Of a stretch of DNA of 64,000 nucleotides, positions 49,528 to 62,534 are shown one piece after another (positions within the stretch are counted from its first letter, which is position 1; every line of letters begins with the position of its first letter). The stretch lies in the NCBI GenBank assembly GCA_000182565.2, contig KQ257466.1, one strand, 5' to 3'. A model generated the notes under the pieces. It had not been told where the DNA came from, did not search any database, and worked only from the letters and a program-made list of their open reading frames with translations. Source of the DNA: Spizellomyces punctatus DAOM BR117. Taxonomy: Eukaryota. A program made the translations under genes and the position numbers.

Positions 49528-50511
49528 CTAGTATCCGTACCCAGAAGCGAAGATGGCCCTGTTGCAGATACCATCGTCAACGAAACGAGCCACTTCAACC
49601 CCGCGCGGTCCCTCACAAGACCTGCTGGCGCACAGCAGGTTTCCGCGAACAGCACCGTCAGGGTGAGCAGCATTGTGAAGGTTAACGTAGAGCAGACCCT
49701 GGGCAAGCCACTTGTGTTGATCGTCGTTCAACACAATCTTTTGGGGGTTACGAACAGGGTTTTCTTGCGTTGAAAATTTTGGTTGAGGGAAAAGATCAAA
49801 CAGGACGGACGCATTCTTGTTGGGAGGTGCGGGGCCGTGGATGTGGATCTTTGTCAGAGGGGCAATGTTGAAGTGGGTCGCGGCAAACTTGATCTCCTTG
49901 GTATGCCTGTCCAAAAGGACCAATCCATGACCAAAGCCGGCTTCACCCTTGACTACAAAAGGGACTTCCTTTTCGCCGCACATGACAGCCTTGTAAACAT
50001 CGTACTTGCCCTCATCGTAGTACTCGTTGTATTCGTGGTACTCTTCTTCGCGGTACTCTTCTTCGTGGTGGGGAGGCTCCTGGTAGGTAGCACCCGCGTA
50101 AGGGCGGGCAGCATAGTAGCCTTTACGGGGTGAGTCTCCGTAACCATTGCTGATAAAACTCTTGTGCTTTGACTCTCCATAACCGTTGTGGTACGATTCG
50201 TGGCCATTGTTGTAGTGGGATCCGTACTGGCCCTCCTCGGAAATCAAGCACCACTGGCCATTCTCGTAGCCCCAACCGCGGCCCTCGTTATCGTAGGTTG
50301 GCTTGTGAACGTAGCCGTGGCAGTAGCGGTCGTAGTTGTCTTGGTGGTAAGAGACTTTGTTGTAATCGTCTTTGTAGTATTCATTGTCGTATTTGCTGTC
50401 TTCGTAATAGTCGTTGTGACCCCCATGGTTGTAATAGCTGGGCGCAGCAATAGCAGCCGATGCCAAAAGAACAGCGCCAGCAATCGAAGCGAGGAATGTT
50501 TTTGGTGCCAT
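49528..50511 (-). CDS. Secreted Tyr/His-rich protein with a CBM10/dockerin-like module and a C-terminal CHRD domain
   Basis: Signal peptide; YC..YDNEGRGWGYENGQWCLI; CHRD motifs IHIHGPAPP..NASVLFDL and GLLYVNLHNAAHPDGAVRGNL. Confidence 0.88.
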   Translation of the reverse strand: MAPKTFLASIAGAVLLASAAIAAPSYYNHGGHNDYYEDSKYDNEYYKDDYNKVSYHQDNYDRYCHGYVHKPTYDNEGRGWGYENGQWCLISEEGQYGSHYNNGHESYHNGYGESKHKSFISNGYGDSPRKGYYAARPYAGATYQEPPHHEEEYREEEYHEYNEYYDEGKYDVYKAVMCGEKEVPFVVKGEAGFGHGLVLLDRHTKEIKFAATHFNIAPLTKIHIHGPAPPNKNASVLFDLFPQPKFSTQENPVRNPQKIVLNDDQHKWLAQGLLYVNLHNAAHPDGAVRGNLLCASRSCEGPRGVEVARFVDDGICNRAIFASGYGY

Positions 50512-52787
50512 TTCTAAAACGATGTGATGTGTTTATTGGTAAATGATCAAAGGCGATGGAGGAAGGCTGGTAAGGGGCCTTTGCTTTTGTAGTTGCACTG
50601 GTAGTGGTGGTGATGTGTGTTCTGATGTGTTCAAGCAAGCCCAAGGTAACCTGCCCTTTTATAAAATAGATATGGCACCGCCGCTGGTCGTCGGCTTTTG
50701 GACCTAAAGAAAAGCACAGGAGAGCTGGCTGAAAATCCGGCTGAGGAATGCATTTTGGGAATCCGCCCCCTCTCCGTTGATGGTAACACTAGGCAAAAAG
50801 GCCCACACGAGGAAGGAATTCAACACAAGTTTGTCCGGTTGGCTTATCGGACAAAACTAACAAAGTGTGCATTTTTGGGCTGAAGATCACTGAGGCTTAG
50901 CAACGCGTCGCTTTTTTGGCGTTGCTTTTGGGGGCCTTTTTTCAGGGCTTCAGCCCAACTTGACCGTTTTTGCTGTGAGCGATTGACGAGTTCCGCAGCA
51001 ACAAAAAAGTTTTATTTTCCAAGCAGGTGTTTGGTTTCGCTTTGCGCAGGGTACAAATGTGGCTAGAGACCAGACATCAGCAGCTGTCTAATGACTTGCA
51101 AGCTGTGCTCAAAGGGACTACCCATGCATGATGGACCAGTCTGATCGAATTGCGCACGTAGTTTAGACAGCCCATTGCTCTTAAGGCTTTCCAGGGATTT
51201 GCCCATCATATCAAAACGAACGCATGTGGTTCATCGGTCCGTGCGCATATGAATGGCTCCCTTGAAAACTCATACCTGCTCGGTTACCAGCGGTTCCCGA
51301 CACTGTCATGTGCACCTTATCCCGCCTTGGTTTTTAAAGCAGGTCTTTGTCCAATCCCTAATGATGGTGCTGTCATTCATGAAGGATTGCTTGCAATCTG
51401 GTCGCCACTTGTTTTTTTTTCCTACAGCCTACAGGACTCGACCGTGAACAACACGCAAAACAAGAAAAAAAAGGAACACCTTTTTGGTCTAACGTGCGCC
51501 ATCAATGATTATAAATGGATACGGTGCGGTGTTAAATGATGGATTATCAAATTATGGAAATTCCTGGCCAAACGCGTAGGGGAAGAAGGTCTCACCTTTT
51601 TTACCACTTGTTGGAACACCCCCATTCTGTTCTGGCCATTTGGTGTCAGACTTGATCTTTTGGGACAGTCTTTTTATTTTTTATTTTGACGTTCGACTAT
51701 TTACATACAAGAACATTGTGAGTTGTTGTTCTGGGAGCGAGCGTCTGTAGATCTGTCTAACCTAGGGCTTCATTTACTCAAGTACCTCTGGTCTTTATTT
51801 TTTTTTTTTCGGCACACTTTTTCCCGAGTGGTTTCTGTCTTTGAAACTCTGCACCAATTTAGGGTGAGTAGCAAAGAAACACCAAAGAACAAGCTGGGAT
51901 TGAGGGGAGAGATGGACTCTGGAGAGGAGAGACATTTGGACACTGCTTGCGACGGACGTGTGTGGCATTGTGGAACGGCCGTTCTTTGACGTTGGAGTTA
52001 ACGAAGCAAGGTGCTTGGGCCCTCTTATCGGTCAAACGTCGCAAGCGGGAGGACAATTGTCTGCGACAAATGTTGCGTTCCACTAGTTGGCGGAATTAGC
52101 TTTTTGCCAGAGGCCGGCATAGGGGCCCTAGGAGCCTTAGGGAGGCTTGGGAATTCGTGCATGTGCAGAATGAACGTGCCTAGTGACTGAAAATCCCTCC
52201 ATTTGGTACCCCTTATAGGTTTTATCCCAGCAGCCTTGCAAACCTCCCTTATCCACTGAAGGCTCCTTTCGGTATGTGTGCAGTTTCGGTCGTCTGTGTT
52301 GCCCCACCCGTACTCATAGAGTATGCTAGATCTTTTGTCGTCGAATACTGCTTAACTATACGTGAGGCGAACGCTACGAGTTGTCATAAATCGCAGAATT
52401 GGTCTACATTTAAATAATCGATGGTAAGCGCCGGTGTTGGTTTTCGTTCAAAATGGTCGGAGATTGATTTTGTCTGTGCAATTGCAGGCTAGGGATCACC
52501 CTCTGCTGAAATTGATCTCTTCTTTTGAAACGCGACAGCCTTTGCACCTGGAAGTCCCGCCGTTCTTGAAGCGGTTGTTGGATTGTATGTATATCGTCCG
52601 ATGAACGTCCCTCTCACAGTCCTTGCTAAATTGTGAAAACCATTAGATGGTCAAAAGACCGGCGTCCGGAAACCAATCCTGTGATTGCTGAAACCTGCAG
52701 ATCAAAGTATTCTCCTTCCCTCTCTGTTTTGCCGTCGGCAGACGACCGCCCCTTCCGTTGCTTGATTCGGCAAAATCATCTTTTATC

Positions 52788-55632
52788 ATGTCTGGAAGCG
52801 AATATCGTATAAGCGGAGGGAGCCAGCAGTCTGACGAAGAGGATGAAGACAACCGCGTTATTGAAGTACGTGTTCCAATGACAAGGCGTACGTGTCATAC
52901 ATCAATTCGCTGTACTAAACATGTCCATCTTTGCAGACGGATCCAACAGGACGATTCGAGCGCTATGCCGAGTGTCTCGGCAAAGGGGCATATAAAGAGG
53001 TGTTCAAGGCGTTTGACACCGAAGAGGGCGTCGAAGTTGCGTGGAATCAACTGCGCATTGACCACCTACTGAAGCGTGAAGCCCAACGAATTCTCTCTGA
53101 GATCCAAATTCTAGAATCTTTGCGAAATGATAGTATCATTGTAAGTTGCCGCGCGCCAAATATGCATTCCACATATGGATTCCATTATATGCTCACGGAT
53201 CACTTGTAGAATATGTATCACAGTTGGATTGCCAAAGGCAAAGATGGAAAAGATAAAGTGTATTTTATCACCGAGCTCATGACCTCGGGAACCTTGAAGA
53301 GCTATATCCGCAAGACGAAAGGAGCTGTTAAGCCAAAGGTCTTGAAAAGCTGGTGCCGCCAGATTTTATCGGGTTTGCATTATCTGCATACAAGAGATCC
53401 TCCGATTATTCACAGGTTAGTTTTTGATATACTCTCTCTGATGTTTGTGCACGTTCTGATGGTTGCGGTGTATCCAGAGACTTGAAGTGCGAAAACGTAT
53501 TCATCAATGGAAACAATGGACAAGCGAAAATTGGCGATCTAGGACTCGCTGTTGTGAAACACCGAGACCATGTCTCATCAGTCCTTGGGTGAGTCCATAC
53601 TGCTTGGGCCTTTTAAAATGAACTAGGATACTCATAAAACTGGATTAGTACCCCGGAATTCATGGCTCCTGAACTGTACGACGAGAAGTACGATGAGAAA
53701 GTGGATATTTACGCATTTGGCATGGTATGTTGCAGTGTGCGTGACATTTGGTGGTTGCAGGTTGGCAACATATGAAGCTCACACATTTTTACCTAGATGA
53801 TGCTTGAAATTATTACCAAAGAGTACCCATACAGCGAATGTACGAACCAAGCGCAAATCTACAAAAAAGTCTCTTCAGGGATCAAACCACGAGCTCTACA
53901 AAAGATCGAAGACGATGAAACGAGAAGATTTGTCGAACTTTGCATCGCCTTTAACCCTTACCAGCGACCCACTGCCGAAGAACTGTTACGGCACCCTTTC
54001 TTGATACCCACCCAAGGGTCGATGGTGTCTGTCAATAGCTTGGAAGGATCAACGGAGATGGTCAAGGAGCCACGTGGCGCAAAGCACGAACACCATGGAT
54101 CTGTGACGTCCGCGTCGTCGTTTGAATCACCGGTCAATGGGGACAGTGGTAGCTCCGCCTGGCATTCCGATCGACAGCCAGCTACGCAACCGGCACTGAC
54201 GAATGCAGTGCCAGTTATGGTGGATGCGGAGAACCATACTTTTGAAATCCTTAAACGTGGGCATCCTGCAAACTTGCCACCCCACGGATCGGGCACGGTG
54301 TGTTCAGTGGAGGTTGTCGAGCGGCTTAATGATGAGGAGGTGCAAGTCAAAATGATCTATACCATGTCAGGACGACCCAGTCAAGAGATCAAGTTTCCGT
54401 TCAGCATTGCAGCAGACACTTCCAGAGACGTCGTGGGTGAGATGGTGCGAGAAGGGATTATTGATACTGGAGATGAACCCGTTGCTGTGGAGCGGCTGGA
54501 GAGTGCTGTGCGGGCAGTTATCAGCGGCGAGGCGTCATCTTCCGAGGGTGGGTCAGTTGAACTGAGACGGGTGACTAATGGACGACGGGGTGAGAGTTAT
54601 GAGCGTGGGGTGTCAGCAGAGCGGTATGGTTCCCTTTATCCCTCTGCACATTCTTCTCCGCCATTGTCTCCAGCGACATTCCCGCGGTATCGGCACGCAA
54701 GTGAGCCTGAAGCCCCTGTCTCCACGCTAGTGAGGCACAATACCATGCCAAGGTCTGTGTCAAATGCCTCCATTGGGCATGCCAATACGCGATTGGCGCA
54801 GGTTTATTCTGTTAGTCCGGGCTCGAGCCCGGTCCCGAGTCCCATCACAACGTCCCCGACGATGCGAAAAGCCGACACGTCCGATGTGCGCATGGGACAT
54901 GGCCATTCACTCTCGATTGAGAGTGTTGCCAGCGGAGCTGAGAGTTTGAGCACGAGTTCTTCCTCGCGGCCCGTTACGCCACTTGGAGGCGAGTGGTTTA
55001 CGGAACGTCCTAGTGGAGAGGACGGAATCAAGGATGCTGTTGCCGTACAAGTCATCGATGGTGACATGTCCGCCCTCCCAGCTGTGCACGACTGGCCTCT
55101 TGAAGGCGGAGCACTTTTGCCACCGCATGTCGTGATACCCCACTCCACCACCGCCGTCATCCCCGCACCCCTCACGTCCTCTCACCCACCCATCCGCGTC
55201 GACACAGCCGTCCACAAAAAACTCGCGGAACTCCAAGAACTCAATCTCCGAGGCTTTGGCAACCTTGCCTCGCATGCTAAACCCTCATCAGCCCTCGTCT
55301 CTTCCTTCCCTACTCTTCCCCCCTCATCTGTCGTGGGCGGTTTCATGAGTCTTGGCCAGATGGCCGGCGGTCAACCCCGCAGCGCACCGATTGGAGGACA
55401 CCGACCCCCCATTTCGTTTGGGAGTCAACCAAGCGGGTTCACATCTGGGTTCTATTCCACTGCACCAACGACAGATCGTCCACCACAAAAGTTTGTACCG
55501 TCTTCTTCTCAACCACCCGCGAACGGGAATGGGACGGGAAGACCGCGTGGACTTGAAGAATGGACGCGTGGAGAAACGAATGGGGCGGTGCAGGCGCCGT
55601 CTAGAGATGATGGGGTGAATTTGATGGATTGA
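52788..55632 (+). CDS. WNK: WNK (With-No-Lysine) family Ser/Thr protein kinase, multi-exon
   Basis: [25 protein letters not shown] (catalytic Lys in subdomain I, absent from beta3), [62 protein letters not shown]-like [13 protein letters not shown]. Confidence 0.95.
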
Positions 55633-56248
55633 TGAATACTATGGGGTTTTTGTTGAAGCCCCTTGTCTTTTGTGTGTGTGTGATTGCATTTCCTTTTTTT
55701 TTATTTGTTGTGCTCGTTTTTTTTGCATAGACTATTTTCTTTGTTTTGTGTGGATAGTATTTTTTTGGGGGGGTTTTGGGTGGAGTTTTGACTTTTGCTT
55801 CTTCAAGAGTTGCTTTTTGGTGGTTTGGTGGTGGGAATGTGGGGGATGGGAGTTTTTCTTTGCAATTTGATGATACCAGTGTTTTTTTGTGATGATTGTT
55901 GTGATGTTGTTGGCAGGCCCTCCCTATTTTTTTTGGTTTGGTTTGTGCGTTTTTACAAGTAAATTAAGATGTTTTTTTTTTGTTTTGAAGGGATATGTAC
56001 TTTTGATGATGCTTTGCTCACTCGCAGCTGACGGCCCTTTAGCAACAACTGTTGAATTGGCACAAAAAACACATTGCGAGAGAAAAGACATTGTATATTT
56101 CTCAAAGACGCAAGCTCTCAAGACCATTATACACACATCCTGCTTTGTACAAAAAAAATACACCCAACCACCACCGCTGTACACACCCACACACACACTC
56201 TCCAAAAACTCGTCAAATGGTATATCCCAAAACGATATATATACAAAA

Positions 56249-56437
56249 TCAAGTATCCACCCTACGAACCCACTCCAACATCCTCTTGCGCCTCACAAGG
56301 ACATCCCGTCGTTGCGATTTCTTGAAATGTTGTTTCGGCTTTCCAAGGGATTTCGAAAGGGTTTGGACGGTTTGTGTTAGGGATTTTAGGAGGGCTTTTC
56401 GTTGGGATTTTAGGTGGGTTTGGGGGGATGATGGTTC

Positions 56438-56469
<32 letters not shown>

Positions 56470-56935
56470 CTTGTTGAGGTTTAGATGGGGAGGTTAGGGT
56501 TGTTGTTGAGCGTGTGAGGGATGGAGTGTCGGAAGAACGAGTGTCAGAGAGAACAAGAGGAGTTGGAGGAGTGAGAAGAGTGTCGGAGGGAGTGTCGATG
56601 GTTTGAGGGGAAACTCCACCCTCGGCGGGCGCAACACTCGACTCGACAGATTCCTTTTTATGGCGAGTTCCGAACCGGTTTTTGACGAGGGTGCGGATGA
56701 GGGGTGTTGGTTTTGTGCGTTTTGTGGTGCGGAATTTTAGTTCTGTTTGGCGTTTTCGTTTTTGCGTCGTTTGTTGTGTTTGTGGTGGTGGTGGTGGTTG
56801 AGTGGACGGCGAGCATGATGGTGTTGTTGTTGTTGTTGATGTTGTTGGTGTGGAAGGTGATGGTTCGAAAAAGAGGTTATGGGGTATCATTGCATGTGTT
56901 GACGAAGGAGGAGGGGATGCGTGTCGAAGGAGCAT
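56249..56935 (-). CDS. Hypothetical low-complexity Thr/Pro/Gln-rich basic protein
   Basis: Long ORF with poly-T/P/Q tracts and basic clusters (KRKRQ, RRKRM); no domain recognised. Confidence 0.45.
56438..56469. repeat. (TTG)n/(CAA)n microsatellite encoding poly-Gln
   Basis: Directly visible trinucleotide run. Confidence 0.9.
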
Positions 56936-58982
56936 CGTCACAAAGTGGTATGGTTTTTTTACAAAAGGGATTTTTTTGAGAGTCAAGCTGTAGTTTGTTG
57001 TTTTTGAAAGCGGGGATAACCGTTGCTCAGTTTGTTTGTTGCAATGGCAGGTTTGGCGTTGAGCACAGCACACTAGTTTGAAAAAAACTGTGTGTGTGTG
57101 TGTTGCAAGTTTACCAAAGGAAAACGTCGTGTGTGTTCGTGTGTGTGTGCGTTCGTGTGTGTGCGTGTGTAGTTGCTGTGTCCAACCAAAATAGTTTCTT
57201 CCAGCAAGTATTGTCGAAATGGTGGAAATGTCTCGAGTATTGAACGAACGAAATGTCGTAAGAAAGAAAAAAAAAAAACGGAATGCACAGTCTTACGTCT
57301 TGCCCTTCCCGTCCCTCCCTCCCTCCCCGTCCCCTCGCCATCGCAACAAAAAACAACACGCCCACGCCGCCCCGCATCCCGTAATTACTTAGTATTTTGT
57401 CAAAAGGGCAACCAACATAAGTTGGAAGAAACACGCGTTAGAAAATGGGATTCAACCAAAAGTAGTGTTTGGAGAGAGAGAGAGCGCGTGTTCAAACGGA
57501 GCAATCAAAAGGGTTATCTTTTTTGAATGACACAAGTTACTACTATATCAACGGAATTGTTCAAAGACTAGATAGATGTGCTTTGAATAGCGGTATTTTA
57601 ACTTTACTGAGCGATAATGAACTGACATTTCCCACAGGTTTCGCTTTTGTCATGGCGAGATGTGAAAATGAATGGGGCATATACAAGAAAAAAACGGTCA
57701 ACTATCCATTGAGTTTGAGCAAAAATGCTGATGCGGTATTCGTATCCACAGGCGAGATCTATTTGGCGATCTTGTCGCAAAGGTTTGTCCGACAAAGCGA
57801 CACCAGATTGTCTGGTGGGGTTGGTCAATAAGAAACAAACTACCGTACATGGTCCCAAGTCGTTTTTTCTGTGGGTTCATGGTCAACGATCTTTGAGTCT
57901 CTATGATACGAGTTTTTTGAGAAATGGTTGGTGGGGATGGGGTTGTCGGTGCTCGTTGGCTAGTCGCGCAAAAGGCAAGTCTGAGCGCACTCTCGCATCC
58001 AACTATAGAGGCGTTAATAGCCTGTTGATGGGGTGACCATTTGCAAATCGTGGTTTGCACAAGTAGGTAGTATCGTAGAGGTTTCTGTTAAACAAAACTT
58101 TTTGTGTAAATGCCAGCGTCAAGTTATAGCGAAACGTTCGTGTCGCCGTTTCGATTAGGGAACAAGCTTGACAAGAGTAGTAGTCCTTCATTCTGACACT
58201 CTGGTGTGCTCTTTTTTCGATACCTGTCAAACTAACACACTTGCAGATACAACCAGAAGCTAGAGTTTAGATCCTCTATTTAACAATTCTAACCCGCAAC
58301 GAACTCTTTACGAGTTCAAGTAGATCAGACGCATCGCAGAATCATGTTCCTCTACACACTGCCAATGTTCGCGCAATATTCAATCTAAACAAATCAGGAC
58401 GCAGCGTGAACGTAAAGCTCATAGTGTTCCCGTTGTCTTCTGCGACTACCTACTGCCCGTATCACGCAATGTTGAATGTAAACAAATCAGGATGCAGATC
58501 AAGAGATTGGTAAAGAAATATAAAGCACTACTCTTTTTTCTTCTGGGCAGTACCAACACGCCCATCACTGTCCATACACACTGGATACACATGGGCACAC
58601 ACAAGTCCATCGTAAACAAAAAAAATATCCAAGTCAATATCCAAAAATCATGAAATAATAAACAACATTTTTTTTTAAAGTCTATAACAGTCCCACAGTC
58701 CCACCCACCCATCCAACATCCAAAAAGAAAAAAGACATAGAGAGAGAGAGAAGCAAAAAAAAAGGGGAGGGAACAAAAAAAATAAAACCAAAAAAAAAAA
58801 AAGACGAGCAACACACACAACAACAAAAAGAAAACGCCGCATTAAACACCAAACCAAACATTCCACCTAATAGCCAACCCTTCCAACCACTCTCGTTCCT
58901 TAATAACCAAACGCATCCCTAGGCACTCCTCCTCTACGATTCCAACGACAATAAGCACACACCACCCGATACATACGTTTTC

Positions 58983-59869
58983 TTATTCATGCGCAAAACG
59001 ACAATGTGGACCAGCCCAACACCGTCCTTGCGCAAAATACCGGCACTTGACCTTGTTATGTGTCGGAGCTGTACCCGGGTGCGCCGAAAACGCCGTCCCA
59101 CCCGTCGAAGTCTACATTCCCAAAGCAACAATCAATTTTCCGTTATGCAAGACTATATATATATATCGAGTTTTACGTACGGGGTAGGCAGCGATATAAG
59201 GTCCAGGCCCAATGTAATGGCTAAATCGACAATTTTGTCCCGCCCAGCAGCGACCTTGTTGAAAGTATCTACACACTGGAATAATTTGCTAAAAAAAAAA
59301 AAAAAACAAAACAAAGACGTGGTAAACATGTGTGTGCTTGTGAGAGAGAGTGCTCTTGCCATTCGGGGCCCGGGACGTTCACCGTACCTGAGGATACATA
59401 GGAACCGGATATCCAGGAACCATCCCATACGACGCATTCGGAGGTGGAGACCCGATAGCGGGAATCGGGGGTAAACCATAGACTTGAAGCGGCGATGTCA
59501 CGGAATACGCGTGTGGAGAGGTGGGAGCTGTGGGAAGGGTGGCAGGGAACGCATCAAAAAAGAGTCCTGGAGGTTTGGACGGGTCATAGGAAAAGAATTC
59601 GGGTGGTGTCGTTGTTGTGCTTGTTGTGCTGGTGGTCGTGCGTTTCTTTGTAGACGACTGCTGTTGTTGTTGTTGCTCTTGGTGTGCTTGTTGTTGTTGT
59701 TGTTGTTGTGTGCGTGGGCGGGGAGTAGGTGTGGCAGAGAGTAGCAGACCGCTATTGGTATTGCTGTTGGCTGGTGGTTGTTGTGGCGGGTGTGGGAGGT
59801 AAAGCATGGCGTGCTCGGGAGAGACTGCATAGTCGCCGCTGTAATAGTACGCGGACGCGAGGTTTTGTA

Positions 59870-59903
<34 letters not shown>

Positions 59904-60380
59904 TTGTTGTTGTTGTTGTAGGTGCTGTGGCTGTTGTTGGTGGTGGTTGGGAAGGAGGTGATGATGGACAGGGTGCTGGTGCAATGGCAGTGCATGTTGA
60001 CCACCATTTTGTTGTTGCTGTAGTTCATCTTTTCCTTCCGCCCCATTGTCCTCCTCCAGTCCGACTGCTACTCCTGTTGTTCCTGCTGGTGGGGCGTGGG
60101 ATTTGACCCAAGAAGCGGACAAGGTCGTAGGATACATGATTTCCTGTTCTGCACCGGGCGCGACCTGCGGCGGCGGTGGCGGCAAATGCCGTTGTGAATC
60201 CTTATCCTGTTGCTGTTGCTGTGTATCATCTCCAATGACTTTGAGAGGGGAAGTCGCTGCACTGGAAGCGGATTTGAGAGCAGGCGTGGATGGACGTGAA
60301 CCCGACTCTTGTACTGTCATTTGACAGAGAGCCGTAATGAGCTCTGCCGTTCCATCGAGTGTGTCAGTTGTTGACATCAT
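58983..60380 (-). CDS. Gln-rich protein with two C-terminal CCCH zinc fingers, 3 exons
   Basis: Splicing gives CRYFQQGRCWAGQNCRFSH and CRYFAQGRCWAGPHCRFAHE* (C-x7-C-x5-C-x3-H). These exons are missed by the ORF track. The N-terminus carries poly-Q tracts. Confidence 0.88.
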
Positions 60381-61017
60381 TTGCGACTAGGGAGAGTGGT
60401 GGAGGGGGGGCAGAGCGGGCGAGCCAAAAGGGAGGAAACGAGAGGAAACAAAAAGGGTGGTGGTGGGGGACCGCGCGCAAAAACAAAAGGAAAACTCGCA
60501 AGTCCGACCACTGGCAGACAGAGAGAAAGAAATACTCGTAGGAGGAGAAAGAGTTGCAAAGAGACGCAAACGTTCAGGAATGCGTTGGTCCCCAAAATTG
60601 CCCGTATATACTCTTTCCAAAACAAAACTCGTTTGTAAACAAATAAACTAGTAGTAGGACTCGTTCCCGACTAGAAAACACATGCGATCGTGGCTCAAAG
60701 ACAAGAGTTGCGCGCGCGCGAGAGAGAGACGGAGGGGGAGGAGGTAACAAGAAGCAAAGAGGTGGGAGGGAAGAGAGAGCGCGCGCGAGGGATAAAATAG
60801 GTGAAGAATTCAAGAAATGAAAGAAGAAAGAAGGGGGGAGGGAATAATAAACTCCTTTTAATAAACAAAAGAAGGAGAGAGAGAGATACTAATGAATAAA
60901 AAAGGGATAAACAATGTGATATAACTTGTCACTTACTGCGTATGAATGTGTTGAATAGATGAATGAATTGCTCTTGTCTTCCTTTCTTGTTTTCCCGTGT
61001 AGTTGTTGTTCCTAGTA

Positions 61018-61196
61018 TCTCTCTCTCTCTCTCTCTCTCTCTCAACTGCGCAGTGTGAATTGTTGGAAAAGAGTGTGGGAATATTCACTCTTCTTCTCAC
61101 AGAGTGCGTGGGAAATAAAAGGGGTAAAAAGGGGAAAGAGCAACAAATGAAAATGGGCGGGAAATTGTATTCTTCTTCGTTCTTGTTCTCTCTCTT

Positions 61197-61229
<33 letters not shown>
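61018..61229. repeat. Two (CT)n/(GA)n microsatellites (about 61018-61043 and 61201-61229)
   Basis: Directly visible dinucleotide runs. Confidence 0.9.
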
Positions 61230-61231
<2 letters not shown>

Positions 61232-62534
61232 GCGTCTCCTGATTCGTACAAACCCATGATGACATCACATGAACACATTTGTCTTGATTAGGCAATGATT
61301 CCATCTTTTGCACCAATAAAGTTTATTATAACAAATTTCAAACACAATGCATTTTGCATTATTCCCTCCATTACACACTCATATCTCTCATTTAATCACG
61401 GCTTGATGGATTCACTCGAGAATCTCCAGGGCGTGCATTGGATGGCACACTGGATTTTTCTATACTCGGTGCATTCGTATCTCTTAGAGGGGTTGGTCCA
61501 AAGCCTTGTGTCAGTCGGGATTCATGACTCGCTGTTTTGGGTTCACTTGTTGGCTTGTCCAGTACAACCTATCAAAGAAATGATTTTGGCATATGCACAC
61601 ATGCACACATACATGTTTAATAGTTTTCATGTTTTACCTCTTTGAATTGCTGCAGGATGGGCTTTTCGCGTTCATCAATGTCTGGCATTCTGAAAATGTG
61701 TGAGAGAGAGAGAAAGAAACTAGGAAAGATTTGGTCTGTCTGCGCAAATGTGTTTGCCTGTACAAAAAACCACTGTGGGGTGTGTATTGAGGTTACCTCT
61801 CGCTTTAAATAGTTGCGACGCTCTCAGTGATGTCATGCACGTGGTATAAGTGGGTGGGAAATGGGTAGGTAATGACGATTGTGTATTAGCGGGTCATCTA
61901 GAGTGGGCTTTTACAAGAAGGGACATGACGAGGTGTGAAATCGAGTCATCAAGAATACCCATCAGATGAACGACAGCCTTTAGCGCGTCACGGAAATTCC
62001 AAAGTATATCACTTTTGACACTGTTTATCACTCGTCACCCCCCGTGGGGGGCCTCACCCTCTAGGGCCTAGACTCTAATCATGCAAACTAATGCAACGGA
62101 TGAAACTGGATTGATGAGCAGAGTACGAGTGGTCTTTCACTTTTATTAAAACTAGCTCTGTATCAAAACACCCCACACCCCAAAGGCCCAGACCCTCTCT
62201 CATCCCAAACCCAAGCTCGTAACATTTCAACAATGTAGTGTTCCAAAACGGGGGGAGGCATCTTACACAGGGCTTTGACATGGAACAAATACCAAAATGG
62301 AATGGAGAGTGCGTTCTTGTTATTCTTGAAATATGTACATCATGTTTTTGTAAAAAAAAAAAAAAGGGCAACAATACCCTCCAGTCTCCCCCTCAACTAA
62401 ATACACACACACACGTACAGAGATACAAATATTCCTTTGTCCGCTCCGAATCAATAAAATATCGCATTCACCATCTTTGCTCATGTACAATGTCAACCCG
62501 ATTCCTCTACCCTTAGCTCACGATATGCATTGCT

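Noticed and set aside
55670..58866. Numerous Phe/Cys/Val-rich short ORFs that look like membrane peptides
   Set aside because: By-products of poly-T and (GT)n low-complexity sequence.
62036..62075. GC-rich hairpin-like segment considered as a tRNA or ncRNA
   Set aside because: No cloverleaf, A/B boxes or recognisable RNA family features.
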